64,000 nucleotides of DNA, taken from the IMG/VR virus record IMGVR_UViG_3300020723_000003. The stretch is one strand, 5' to 3'. The translations under genes and the position numbers were made by a program. This document shows, one piece after another, positions 47,846-57,082 of this stretch. The notes under the pieces were generated by a model, which was not told where the DNA came from, ran no database searches, and was given only the letters and a program-made list of their open reading frames with translations. The first letter of the stretch is position 1. The number at the start of each line of letters is the position of its first letter. This stretch comes from a virus (lineage: Duplodnaviria > Heunggongvirae > Uroviricota > Caudoviricetes).

Positions 47846-48856
47846 ATGAGTATTTACATTGATCGAAAATATATTCTTTTGTTATCTCCAAAATTAGAAC
47901 AATTTAAACAAAAGAATACAAATCTTTTTAATATGCGTTGTCCATATTGTGGGGATTCAGAGAAAAACAAATCAAAAGCAAGGGGATTTGTTTATGAAAA
48001 AGATAATCATTATTTTTTTCGTTGTCATAATTGCGAAACTGGAACAACTTTAAGAAATTTAATTAAATTCCTAGATCCATATCTTGAGAAAGAATATGTT
48101 ATGGAAAATTTTAAAGATTTGAGTTCTGAAAAAAAAATTAAAATCCCTAAAATTCCTAAAATTCCAATATTTAAAACAAAAGAAGCTGTAAAACCAAAAC
48201 TGGATTTACCAACAATTTCGTCATTATCTGATGATCATATTGCAAAACAATATATACTAAAAAGAAAGCTTCCAGATTATTCTCTAGATCTTTTATATTT
48301 TGCGGAAGATTTTAAATCTTTTACAGAAAGTGTTTCTGATAAAAAATTAGATAGAACAAGCCCAAGAATTGTGATTCCATTTTTCTCTGTTGATGGGAAA
48401 TTGATTGCATTTCAAGGAAGAGCTTTAGATGATTATTCGATGAGATATATCACAGTTAAAATTGATAGAGATGTTGAAAAAATATTTGGTTTAGATAGGG
48501 TTAATACAAAAAAACAAATTATTGTAGTTGAAGGACCGTTTGATAGTTTGTTCATACCAAATGCAGTCGCCGTTGCCGACTCCAATTTAGCTGCTGCAGG
48601 TAATATTTTTGATAAAGGTACTTTGGTATTAGTTCCTGACAACGAGCCCAGAAACCGAAATATAGTAGAAAATGTTGAGAGGTTTATAAAATCTGGATTT
48701 TCTGTTTGTTTATTTCCTGAATCTATTAAAGAAAAGGATATTAATGAAATGGTACTTTCTGGGTTGACGAAAGAGGAAATATCAGGTATAATAAATCAAT
48801 ATACATATAAAGATTTAAGGGCGAAATTAGAATTTATAAGATGGAGAAAAGTTTGA
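47846..48856 (+). CDS. 61: DNA primase gp61
   Basis: Zinc finger CPYCGDSEKNKSKARGF...RCHNC matches T4 gp61 CPFCGDSQKDKNKARGH...CFNC. Toprim-like C-terminal region. 336 aa. Confidence 0.8.
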   Translation: MSIYIDRKYILLLSPKLEQFKQKNTNLFNMRCPYCGDSEKNKSKARGFVYEKDNHYFFRCHNCETGTTLRNLIKFLDPYLEKEYVMENFKDLSSEKKIKIPKIPKIPIFKTKEAVKPKLDLPTISSLSDDHIAKQYILKRKLPDYSLDLLYFAEDFKSFTESVSDKKLDRTSPRIVIPFFSVDGKLIAFQGRALDDYSMRYITVKIDRDVEKIFGLDRVNTKKQIIVVEGPFDSLFIPNAVAVADSNLAAAGNIFDKGTLVLVPDNEPRNRNIVENVERFIKSGFSVCLFPESIKEKDINEMVLSGLTKEEISGIINQYTYKDLRAKLEFIRWRKV

Positions 48857-49007
48857 AAAGTGAAAAATTTAAAACGACTTTAAAATTTAAAGTTAATGGT
48901 GTGGAATATGTAAGGGTCGATGGGATTTGGTTCAAATATTTGAATGATGCCTATATGCCATCAAAAGATTCAACGGTATTAGAACAATTATACAAAGAGA
49001 AATATAT

Positions 49008-49835
49008 ATGATGAAATCTCAAATTCAAGTTAAGATGATTGAAGATTCAATTTCAAAAACTAATAGAATCTGTACATTACAATTAAAATATCATAGATAT
49101 ATACATGCGGAATTTATGACACATCGTGTTTTTTCTAGATCTGCATCCAGTTCAAGAGCAATACCAATCAAAAAAATTATATCAGAAGTTTGGAATAATC
49201 CAGCAACGCCATTGCATTGGGGTCAAAATATTTCTGGTATGCAAGCTAAAACTGAATTAACTGGTATTAAATTATACTTAGCAAAAACCTTTTGGAATCT
49301 TGCTTCTAAATTTGCTTGTATTCTTGCATATTTTATGTACAATATAGGATTACACAAACAAATTGGAAATAGAATATTAGAACCATTTTCTTTTATTAAT
49401 GTCATTTTAACATCTACTGAATTTGATAATTTTTTTGAATTAAGGATTCATCCCGATGCTCAACCAGAAATACAAGAATTAGCTAAACAAATTAAAGAAG
49501 CTATTGATAATAGTAATCCAAAGTCTTTAGAAGATGGTGATTGGCATCTCCCTTATATTTCATATGAAGAAAGAGAATTATTTGATGTTACTGATCTGTT
49601 AAAAGCTTCTACAGCAAGGTGTGCTAGAGTTTCATATAATAATCATGATGGAAGTTTGCCTTCTGTTACTAAAGATATTCAATTACACGATAGATTGGTT
49701 GGTTCTAAACCATTACATGCTTCTCCTGCCGAACATCCAGCAAAAGCAGAAGGAAATGATACATTTTATAAGAATTTTAAAGGATGGAATCAATATAGAA
49801 CTATTCTTGAAGATACAGTTTTTAACAAACGATAG
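49008..49835 (+). CDS. thyX: Flavin-dependent thymidylate synthase ThyX
   Basis: ThyX signature RHRx7S (THRVFSRSASSSRA). 275 aa. Confidence 0.8.
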   Translation: MMKSQIQVKMIEDSISKTNRICTLQLKYHRYIHAEFMTHRVFSRSASSSRAIPIKKIISEVWNNPATPLHWGQNISGMQAKTELTGIKLYLAKTFWNLASKFACILAYFMYNIGLHKQIGNRILEPFSFINVILTSTEFDNFFELRIHPDAQPEIQELAKQIKEAIDNSNPKSLEDGDWHLPYISYEERELFDVTDLLKASTARCARVSYNNHDGSLPSVTKDIQLHDRLVGSKPLHASPAEHPAKAEGNDTFYKNFKGWNQYRTILEDTVFNKR

Positions 49836-49844
49836 GAACATATT

Positions 49845-50261
49845 ATGAGTAAAATAGATACAAAAGATTATCAAGATTTCGTAAAGAAGACAATTTCTCC
49901 TGCATCAAGTGATGTTTCATCATTTTTGACAAGATTAGACTCTTTATATGTTGATTCTATCCCACTACAAATAAAACTTCCAGAATTATTAACAGCATCT
50001 GCTGGATTATCTGCTGAATCAGGGGAATTTACTGAAGTTGTTAAGAAAATATTATTCCAAGGGAAACCATTGGACGAAGATAATATCTATCATATGAAAA
50101 GAGAATTGGGTGATATTTGTTGGTATCTTGCTGTTGCATGTACAGCACTAAATACTACACTAGAAGATATTCTTGTTATGAATGTTGAAAAGTTATCAGC
50201 TCGTTATCCTCAAGGGTTTGAGATTATTAAATCTGAAATTCGTCAAGATGGTGATATTTAA
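49845..50261 (+). CDS. mazG: MazG-like nucleotide pyrophosphohydrolase
   Basis: ELGDICWYLAVA EExx-type MazG motif. 138 aa. Confidence 0.6.
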   Translation: MSKIDTKDYQDFVKKTISPASSDVSSFLTRLDSLYVDSIPLQIKLPELLTASAGLSAESGEFTEVVKKILFQGKPLDEDNIYHMKRELGDICWYLAVACTALNTTLEDILVMNVEKLSARYPQGFEIIKSEIRQDGDI

Positions 50262-50278
50262 AAATAAAATATAAAAGG

Positions 50279-51277
50279 ATGGTTATGGGAATAAGAATAC
50301 TAACTCCTAAAACAATTTATACAACGGATTATCCTACTGCTATAGAATTTGCAGAAAAACAAGCTGAGGTATTTTGGCTTCCTACTGAAATTGAAGTAGA
50401 AAAAGATCTTCATGAGTTAAAAACAAATTTTACTGAAGCAGAATATCATGGTGTTATTTCAACATTAAAATTATTCACTCTTTATGAATTAAATGTTGGA
50501 AATGATTATTGGCAAAATTATATTTCTAAAGTTTTTCCGAGACCAGATATTCAAAGAATGGCTGCAACATTTTCTTTTATGGAATTGGGTGTTCATGCAC
50601 CATTCTATAATAAAATTAATGAAGTTCTTGGTTTAGATAATGATGAGTTCTATACTGATTATTTAAATGATGAAGTTCTTGCAAATAGAATGGCTTGGAT
50701 AGGTAAACGAACTGAGAAAAGAAATACTGTTTATGACGTATTAAAATCAGTTGGTATTTTCTCTATGATTGAAGGTGCAATTCTTTATTCAAGTTTTGCT
50801 TTCTTGAAACATTTCAATTCTGCAGGTAAAAATAAATTAGTAGCTATTAATGCTGGAATCAATTTCTCTGCGATTGATGAAACTTTACATTCACAAGCTG
50901 GCGGTTGGTTATTTAGAACATTATTAAAAGAAGCTAAAGAAGATGGTCAAGTAACAGATATATTTGTTGAAGAATTAATTCGAGAACTTGAAGAAACTGC
51001 TAAAGTGATATTAGAACACGAATCAATAATTATTGATAAAATATTTGAGAAAGGTCAAATTAAAGGTATTACTGAAAATCAATTGAAACGGTTTGTTGAA
51101 TCTAGATTAGATATTTGTTTAGAAAATCTTGGATATAAAGGAATTTTTAAACCAACGTATAATCCGATTAAATCTTGGTTCTATAAAGATCTAGAATCTT
51201 CTACGTTGCACGACTTTTTTTCGTCGCAAGGTTCTGATTATAATAGAAATTGGATTGAAAATAAATTTAAATGGTAA
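50279..51277 (+). CDS. nrdB: Ribonucleotide reductase small subunit NrdB (class Ia)
   Basis: Di-iron and Tyr-radical regions (MELGVHAPFY; SAIDETLHSQAG). 332 aa. Upstream of nrdA. Confidence 0.8.
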   Translation: MVMGIRILTPKTIYTTDYPTAIEFAEKQAEVFWLPTEIEVEKDLHELKTNFTEAEYHGVISTLKLFTLYELNVGNDYWQNYISKVFPRPDIQRMAATFSFMELGVHAPFYNKINEVLGLDNDEFYTDYLNDEVLANRMAWIGKRTEKRNTVYDVLKSVGIFSMIEGAILYSSFAFLKHFNSAGKNKLVAINAGINFSAIDETLHSQAGGWLFRTLLKEAKEDGQVTDIFVEELIRELEETAKVILEHESIIIDKIFEKGQIKGITENQLKRFVESRLDICLENLGYKGIFKPTYNPIKSWFYKDLESSTLHDFFSSQGSDYNRNWIENKFKW

Positions 51278-52419
51278 CTGAAATGAAAGAATTATCAATA
51301 TACGACGAATTAGGTGAAGAAAGAAAAAAATTGCAAGGTGAAGGTAAATTACCAATGTGGTGTTCGACTATTGCATGGCAAATGCTTAAAGAAAATTATC
51401 TTTCTGAAAAATATCCTGATTTAAAATCAGTATATACACGTGTAGCTAAACATGCTGCGCAATATACTACAAATCCTGATGAATGGGAACAAAAATTCTT
51501 TGATCTATTCTGGAAAGGATATTTGGCAGCTTCAACTCCTGTATTGTCTAATATGGGAACAGGATTTGGTTGTTCTGTAAGTTGTTCAGGCGGATATATC
51601 AATGATTCAGTTTATGATTTCTATGATGCACAAAAAGAAGCTGCAGTTCTATCAAAAAATGGTTTTGGTACATCAGGCTATCTTGGTGCAATTAGACCAA
51701 GAGGTTCTAAAATTTTTGGAATGAAAGGTAGTGCTTCTGGTGTCCTTCCAGTATTCAAAGATTTTATACAAATGTCTAGAGATATTTCTCAAGGTTCACA
51801 AAGACGAGGTGCTTGGGCTGGGTATCTTGAAATTGATCATGATGATTTTTATGAATTGGTAAATTATATCGGTAAGAATCCTGACGATGCAAATATTGGA
51901 TGGATTATCACAAAAAACTTTATTGATAGATTAGATGCTGGTGATAATGATGCAATTTCTAGATATCAAAAAGCGTTAAAGTTGAAAATGATTACTGGAA
52001 AGGGTTATTTCATTAAAATTGATGCTATTAATGAACAAAATCCACAAATGTATAAAGATAAAGGTTTATCTGTAAAAGCATCAAATTTGTGTTTAACTGG
52101 TGATACTAGAATTAATATTAAAGGTGATATTAGTGGCGAACTACAAGTATCAATGGAAGGGTTAAATAATTATTTAGGTAAAAATGATGATGTAGAAAAT
52201 TGGAAGGTTTGGTCATATAACACAGAAACTAACATGAGCGAATGGAAAAAAATTATAAAATCTGCACAAACATCAATATCGACTAAGATAATGAATATTA
52301 CAGACGAAATAACTGGAAAATCTATAAAATGTACGCCAGATCATAAGATTTTTACCGAGAACCGTGGATATGTTTGTGCAAAAGATTTAATGGAAAATGA
52401 TGTATTATTATTAAAATAG
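51271..52419 (+). CDS. nrdA: NrdA N-terminal extein fused to an N-terminal split-intein half
   Basis: RNR large-subunit sequence up to the active-site ...KASNL. It then switches to CLTGDTRINIKGD... (Hint N-domain, about 98 aa) and stops with TAG. Confidence 0.85.
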   Translation: MVTEMKELSIYDELGEERKKLQGEGKLPMWCSTIAWQMLKENYLSEKYPDLKSVYTRVAKHAAQYTTNPDEWEQKFFDLFWKGYLAASTPVLSNMGTGFGCSVSCSGGYINDSVYDFYDAQKEAAVLSKNGFGTSGYLGAIRPRGSKIFGMKGSASGVLPVFKDFIQMSRDISQGSQRRGAWAGYLEIDHDDFYELVNYIGKNPDDANIGWIITKNFIDRLDAGDNDAISRYQKALKLKMITGKGYFIKIDAINEQNPQMYKDKGLSVKASNLCLTGDTRINIKGDISGELQVSMEGLNNYLGKNDDVENWKVWSYNTETNMSEWKKIIKSAQTSISTKIMNITDEITGKSIKCTPDHKIFTENRGYVCAKDLMENDVLLLK

Positions 52420-52594
52420 TTTTGTGTACTGAAATATGACGAAAATATTCCTAGTTCATTTGGCGGAACTTATAGAGAAAATATTACTACTAAAAAGATT
52501 CAAAAATTACTTATAGATAAGTTTGGTGCAATTGATAAACAGTTGGGTTCATATGCTAAACACCATACAAATAAAATAAAAGAGGAAATTGAAA

Positions 52595-53590
52595 ATGAGT
52601 TTAAAAATTGAGTATTTAGAAAATGAAGAAGCGGTATATGATATATCTGTAGAAGATAACCACAATTTTTTTGCTAATGGTATATTAGTACATAATTGCA
52701 CGGAAATCACATTATTTTCTGATGAGGATCATACATTTTCTTGTGTTCTTTCATCTATGAATGCGTCTCTTTATGATGAATGGAAAGATACAGATGCTGT
52801 GTTTAATGCTACAGTATTCTTGGATTGCGTCAATCAAGATCTAATTGAAATTGGTAAAAACACTAAGGGAATGGAAAGGGTTGTTAGATTTGCTGAAAAA
52901 TCAAGAGCATTGGGATTAGGTCTTCTTGGTTTTCATACTTATCTTCAAGATCATTTAATTGCTTTTGAATCTTTAGAAGCTAATTTTAAAAATGTAGAAA
53001 TATTTAAACATCTTGATGCAGAATCAAAACGTGCTTCTGAATGGATGGCTAAAGAATTTGGTGAACCTGAATGGTGTAAAGGGTATGGAGTAAGAAATAC
53101 CCATAGAATTGCAGTGGCACCAAATCTTTCTTCTGCGTTAATCTGTGGTTCTGTGAGTCAAGGTATTGAACCTATCTATAAAAATGCTTATGTTCAAAAT
53201 ACAGCAGCAGGAAAAATGGATAGGGTTAATCCTTCATTATTAACGTTGATGAAAAAAATAAATGTATATTCAGAAGAAACTGTTAAAGATATTATTTCTA
53301 ATAATGGTTCTGTTCAGCATGTAGATTGGTTAACAGATGAAGAAAAAATAGTATTTAAAACTGCTTTTGAAATTAATCAGCATAGTATAATTAGATTGGC
53401 TTCTACAAGACAAAAATATATTGACCAAGCTCAATCTATAAATCTTTTCTTCTCTGCTGATGAAGATGAAGAATATATTTCAGAAGTCCATAAAGCTGCC
53501 TTTAAAGATCCTTATATTAAATCGTTGTATTATATTAGATCTGAAACTGGGGTTAATGTTTCAAAAGAGTGTCTGAGTTGTCATGGTTGA
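52595..53590 (+). CDS. nrdA: C-terminal split-intein half fused to the NrdA C-terminal extein
   Basis: AAGAGGA RBS. MSLKIEYLENEEAVYDISVEDNHNFFANGILVHN then CTEITLFS..., which restores the SNLCTEI active-site motif. Different reading frame from the N-half. Confidence 0.85.
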   Translation: MSLKIEYLENEEAVYDISVEDNHNFFANGILVHNCTEITLFSDEDHTFSCVLSSMNASLYDEWKDTDAVFNATVFLDCVNQDLIEIGKNTKGMERVVRFAEKSRALGLGLLGFHTYLQDHLIAFESLEANFKNVEIFKHLDAESKRASEWMAKEFGEPEWCKGYGVRNTHRIAVAPNLSSALICGSVSQGIEPIYKNAYVQNTAAGKMDRVNPSLLTLMKKINVYSEETVKDIISNNGSVQHVDWLTDEEKIVFKTAFEINQHSIIRLASTRQKYIDQAQSINLFFSADEDEEYISEVHKAAFKDPYIKSLYYIRSETGVNVSKECLSCHG

Positions 53591-53602
53591 TATAGAGTTA
53601 TT

Positions 53603-53860
53603 ATGAAAATTGAAATTATTAAAGAGTTTAATATTGAATTAAAAGGTTTTAAGTGTACTGTTACTTATGATGAAGCAAAATATCTTTATGATGAACTCAA
53701 TAAAGAGTTTGGGTATAATGCTGAAAAGATCTGGGAAGATACATTGCCTGAAGGTGACTATATATTCAAAACGAAAGATAGATATGATATTCAGCAAGTG
53801 CCATATGTAGATGATGTTCCAGATGGTAATTATGTTTTTTCGTGTAAAAGTAAAGGTTGA
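53603..53860 (+). CDS. Hypothetical protein
   Basis: 85-aa ORF. Confidence 0.4.
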   Translation: MKIEIIKEFNIELKGFKCTVTYDEAKYLYDELNKEFGYNAEKIWEDTLPEGDYIFKTKDRYDIQQVPYVDDVPDGNYVFSCKSKG

Positions 53861-54039
53861 TTATGAATATATATTTTAAATGTGTGTTTTATTTTTTATT
53901 ATTTTTTGGTGTTGAGGGGTTTTTGTTGCCAAACTTATTCTCTTCAGAATCAGATTATGGTGTGTTACTTGGGTTAATGATCGCTGTATTGTTTATCCCA
54001 ATTTCTTTTTGGTATATTAAGTGGAGTTTTAAAAAGTGA
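53857..54039 (+). CDS. Small membrane protein
   Basis: 60-aa ORF with two hydrophobic helices. Confidence 0.35.
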   Translation: MIMNIYFKCVFYFLLFFGVEGFLLPNLFSSESDYGVLLGLMIAVLFIPISFWYIKWSFKK

Positions 54040-54893
54040 AACAAATTATAATATTATGTTTAGCGTTATTTCTTGTTGCGTGTTCTGATGTTCCTAATGG
54101 CTATGTTGGAATTAAAATAAACAAATTGGGTTCTGATAAAGGTATTGAAAATCAAACCCTTCCTGTTGGTAGGTATTGGTTAACACCTAATGAACAACTG
54201 TTTATTTTTCCAATGTTTACTCAAACACATGTCTGGACTCAAAATGTAACTGAAGGATCTCCTACAGATGAAAGTTTTTCTTTTCAAACTATTGAAGGGA
54301 TGACTGTTAATACAGATATTGGTATAACATATTCTCTGGACCCAAATAAAGTTTCTATTGTCTTCCAAAAATATCGTAAAGGTATTGATGAAATTACTAG
54401 CTCTGTTCTGAGATCTATGGTTAGAGATTCTCTAATTAATGCTGCTTCAACAAAACCTATTGAAACTGTTTATGGATCGGGTAAAGCTTCTCTTATCAAA
54501 GAAGTTGAAGATTCTGTTAAAATTCAATGTGTTGAAATTGGGATAAATATTGAACATGTATACTGGGTTGGTGGATTAAGATTGCCTGAATCAATTATTT
54601 CTTCTATTAATGCAAAAGCAGCTGCCTCTCAGATGACTGCTCAGAGGGAACAAGAAATCCAACAATCTAAAGCGGAAGCTGATAAGAAAATCCAAGAAGC
54701 TAGAGGTGATGCGGAATCAACTCTTCTGAGAGCAAATGCTGAAGCTCAAGCAATTTTAATTAAAGGTAAAGCTATTTCTGATAATCCTCAGATTATTGAA
54801 TTGTCAAAAATTGAAAAATGGAATGGAATTTTACCACAAATCACTGGTAATGCAGGCACTTTAGTCCAGCTAAGTCCAGTTCAGGTCAAATAA
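54036..54893 (+). CDS. SPFH/band-7-like lipoprotein
   Basis: Lipobox LFLVAC-SD signal, followed by a prohibitin/HflC-like region and a C-terminal coiled coil (AQREQEIQQSKAEADKKIQEARGDAE). Confidence 0.45.
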   Translation: MKQIIILCLALFLVACSDVPNGYVGIKINKLGSDKGIENQTLPVGRYWLTPNEQLFIFPMFTQTHVWTQNVTEGSPTDESFSFQTIEGMTVNTDIGITYSLDPNKVSIVFQKYRKGIDEITSSVLRSMVRDSLINAASTKPIETVYGSGKASLIKEVEDSVKIQCVEIGINIEHVYWVGGLRLPESIISSINAKAAASQMTAQREQEIQQSKAEADKKIQEARGDAESTLLRANAEAQAILIKGKAISDNPQIIELSKIEKWNGILPQITGNAGTLVQLSPVQVK

Positions 54894-54927
54894 ATAGATA
54901 AAATAAACGAAAAAAGAAAGGATTCAA

Positions 54928-55072
54928 ATGAAATATCAAATAATCTGTGAAGAATGTGACTCTGAATATATTATCTTCTCTGAAGATGATCTCTATCAAG
55001 ATGATCCCTCTTTCTGTGCAATTTGCTCTGAACCTATTTCTCCTGATATTATTGAAGAAGATGAAGAATAAA
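54928..55072 (+). CDS. Mini zinc-ribbon protein (47 aa)
   Basis: CEEC ... CAIC pairs, acidic tail, RBS AAAGGA. Not in the ORF track because it is shorter than 60 aa. Confidence 0.3.
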
Positions 55073-55122
55073 ATCTTCTAATGAATTCTAATGAATTCTA
55101 ATGAATTCTAATGAAGAATAAA
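55063..55122. repeat. Short tandem repeat (TCTAATGAAT x about 4) flanked by a duplicated ATGAAGAATAAAATCT
   Basis: Direct reading of 55063..55122. Confidence 0.8.
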
Positions 55123-55326
55123 ATCTAACCTTCTCCCGAGGTCAGGTAATGGGAGTATTCTCCTAGTCCTTTTGCTGTTTCGACTATAACTAAACAGTAT
55201 CCCTCTAAATCTCTCCTCTGAGGCTAAATCTCAACTCTTCTATACCTTTCTCCCTCTACTAATAAATCACCACTCCAATCTCTCCTAAATATCTCTATCT
55301 GAAACTTATATCTCTCTCTCTATCTA

Positions 55327-55770
55327 ATGGAAAATCTAATCCAACCCTCCTGGATCTACCAATCTCTTCCTCTTCTATCTCCTCCTGAAAATGCTATTGC
55401 CTTTGTCTATCTTATCTATAATCCCTCTACTAATAAATCCTATATCGGGAAAAAACAATTCTTCTCGAAAAAAATCTCGCAAAAATCTATTACTCAAATT
55501 GATGGCTCTAAAATTGTAAAAAAGAAAAAATTGACTGTGGAATCTGATTGGAAATCCTATAATGGCTCTAACTCTTCTCTTATTGAACATGCTAAAATAC
55601 ATCTTCTTGAAAAAACAATTCTCCATATCTGCTACTCAAAATCTCATGCTTCCTATCTGGAACTGAAAGAACAAATGTCTAGGGATGTTATTCTCTCTTC
55701 TCTCTACTATAATGACTGGGTCTCTGCTAAAATTACTAGGAAACATCTGCAAAAATTTCAAAAATTCTGA
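55327..55770 (+). CDS. GIY-YIG nuclease domain protein (free-standing, homing-endonuclease-like)
   Basis: FVYLIYNPSTNKSYIGKK (GIY...YIG), downstream E (ELKEQ) and YN as in the I-TevI catalytic domain. Embedded in a CT-rich tract with composition unlike the rest of the window. Confidence 0.45.
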   Translation: MENLIQPSWIYQSLPLLSPPENAIAFVYLIYNPSTNKSYIGKKQFFSKKISQKSITQIDGSKIVKKKKLTVESDWKSYNGSNSSLIEHAKIHLLEKTILHICYSKSHASYLELKEQMSRDVILSSLYYNDWVSAKITRKHLQKFQKF

Positions 55771-55780
55771 TTTTTATTGC

Positions 55781-55809
55781 TTGACTTTTCTATCTTCTTA
55801 TAGTATAAT
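55781..55809 (+). promoter_or_regulatory. Early promoter TTGACT-17-TATAAT (extended TATAGTATAAT)
   Basis: Perfect consensus hexamers with a 17-bp spacer. Reads into the tandem arrays. Confidence 0.7.
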
Positions 55810-55860
55810 ATCTCTATGAATTTGATAATTGTGTCTGTGATAATGGTGTCTTTGTATGAT

Positions 55861-56312
55861 CTGAATCTTTGAATCTTTGTTCGAATCTTTGAATCTTTGT
55901 TCGAATCTTCGAATCTTTGAATCTTTGTTTGAATCTTTGTTCGAATCTTTGAATCTTTGTTCGAATCTTCGAATCTTTGTTCGAATCTTTGAATCTTTGA
56001 ATCTTTGAATCTTTGTTCGAATCTTTGTTCGAATCTTTGAATCTTTGTTCGAATCTTTGTTCGAATCTTTGAATCTTTGTTCGAATCTTTGTTCGAATCT
56101 TTGTTCGAATCTTCGAATCTTCGAATCTTCGAATCTTTGAATCTTTGTTCGAATCTTTGTTCGAATCTTTGAATCTTTGTTCGAATCTTTGAATCTTTGA
56201 ATCTTTGTTCGAATCTTTGAATCTTTGAATCTTTGTTCGAATCTTTGAATCTTTGAATCTTTGTTCGAATCTTTGAATCTTTGTTCGAATCTTTGTTCGA
56301 ATCTTTGTTCGA
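55861..56312. repeat. Tandem array 1: about 45 units of GAATCTT(T/C) with or without GTTC (8- and 12-bp units, dominant 20-bp period)
   Basis: Direct reading. No ORF; TGA is present in every unit. Confidence 0.9.
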
Positions 56313-56327
56313 GAAAATATTAATTAA

Positions 56328-56336
56328 AGAAATTAT
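56328..56336 (+). promoter_or_regulatory. Late-promoter-like TATAAATA between the arrays
   Basis: AATTATAAATAGG. Confidence 0.35.
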
Positions 56337-56349
56337 AAATAGGTCTAAG

Positions 56350-56612
56350 TCAACTAAGAACTATTTACAGTTATTTACAGTTATTTACAGTTAATTACAG
56401 TTAATTACAGTTATTTACAGTTAATTACAGTTAATTACAGTTAATTACAGTTAATTGCAGTTAGATCCAGCTATTTACAGTTAATTGCAGTTAGACCCAG
56501 CTATTTACAGTTAATTACAGTTAGATCCAGCTAATTACAGATATTTACAGCTAATTACAGTTAATTACAGTTAGATCCAGATATTTACAGATAGATTCAG
56601 ATAAATACGATG
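56350..56612. repeat. Tandem array 2: about 26 units of a 10-bp repeat (TTAATTACAG / TTATTTACAG / TTAGATCCAG variants)
   Basis: Direct reading. Strict 10-bp periodicity; every unit ends in CAG. Confidence 0.9.
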
Positions 56613-56710
56613 TTATCTTTCTCTAATATATAAAGAGTAATTGGTATTTATTCAGGTTAAATCAAGAAAAGAACAATTGCGGGACAATTTCCGTTAAAAG
56701 ATATTAGAAT

Positions 56711-56804
56711 ACTAGATATAGTGTTTGTGCACTAGATATAGTATTTTATTTTAGGCAATACTATATGTAGTAGTAGACCCTTAGGGGTAGATACTAGATG
56801 TAGT
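56711..56804. promoter_or_regulatory. Four imperfect-palindrome sites ACTA-N4-TAGT (operator-like) upstream of a small ORF
   Basis: ACTAGATATAGT at 56711 and 56731, ACTATATGTAGT at 56760, ACTAGATGTAGT at 56793. Confidence 0.45.
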
Positions 56805-56842
56805 AGTAATTTATAAAAACATTCAGAAAAAGGTGAAAAATT

Positions 56843-57070
56843 ATGGCAGAACAAGAGATTAAAACAGAAGAAGCGACAATCACATTCCGAGGAAAGGAAT
56901 ATTTTGTGAAGGATTTAAGCCCCGAAGCAAACAGATACGTTGAGCAGATATTAGATTTAGAGAAGAAGATCAGAAGTACAGGATTAGATTTAGAGCAGTA
57001 TCATTTCGCCAACGAGTATTTCAACGAGATGTTATTCAGAGCATTAGAGCCAGTAGAAGAAGAAGAGTAG
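56843..57070 (+). CDS. Small protein (75 aa) with acidic tail, candidate DNA-binding regulator
   Basis: RBS AAAGGTGA. N-terminal beta-strand-like ATITFRGKEYFV followed by helices, which would be compatible with an RHH-type fold. Ends EEEE. Confidence 0.4.
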   Translation: MAEQEIKTEEATITFRGKEYFVKDLSPEANRYVEQILDLEKKIRSTGLDLEQYHFANEYFNEMLFRALEPVEEEE

Positions 57071-57082
57071 AAGAGAGAGAGA

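Noticed and set aside
55861-56612. Possible CRISPR array
   Set aside because: Units are 8-12 bp with no unique spacers and no leader or cas genes. These are simple tandem repeats, not repeat-spacer structure.
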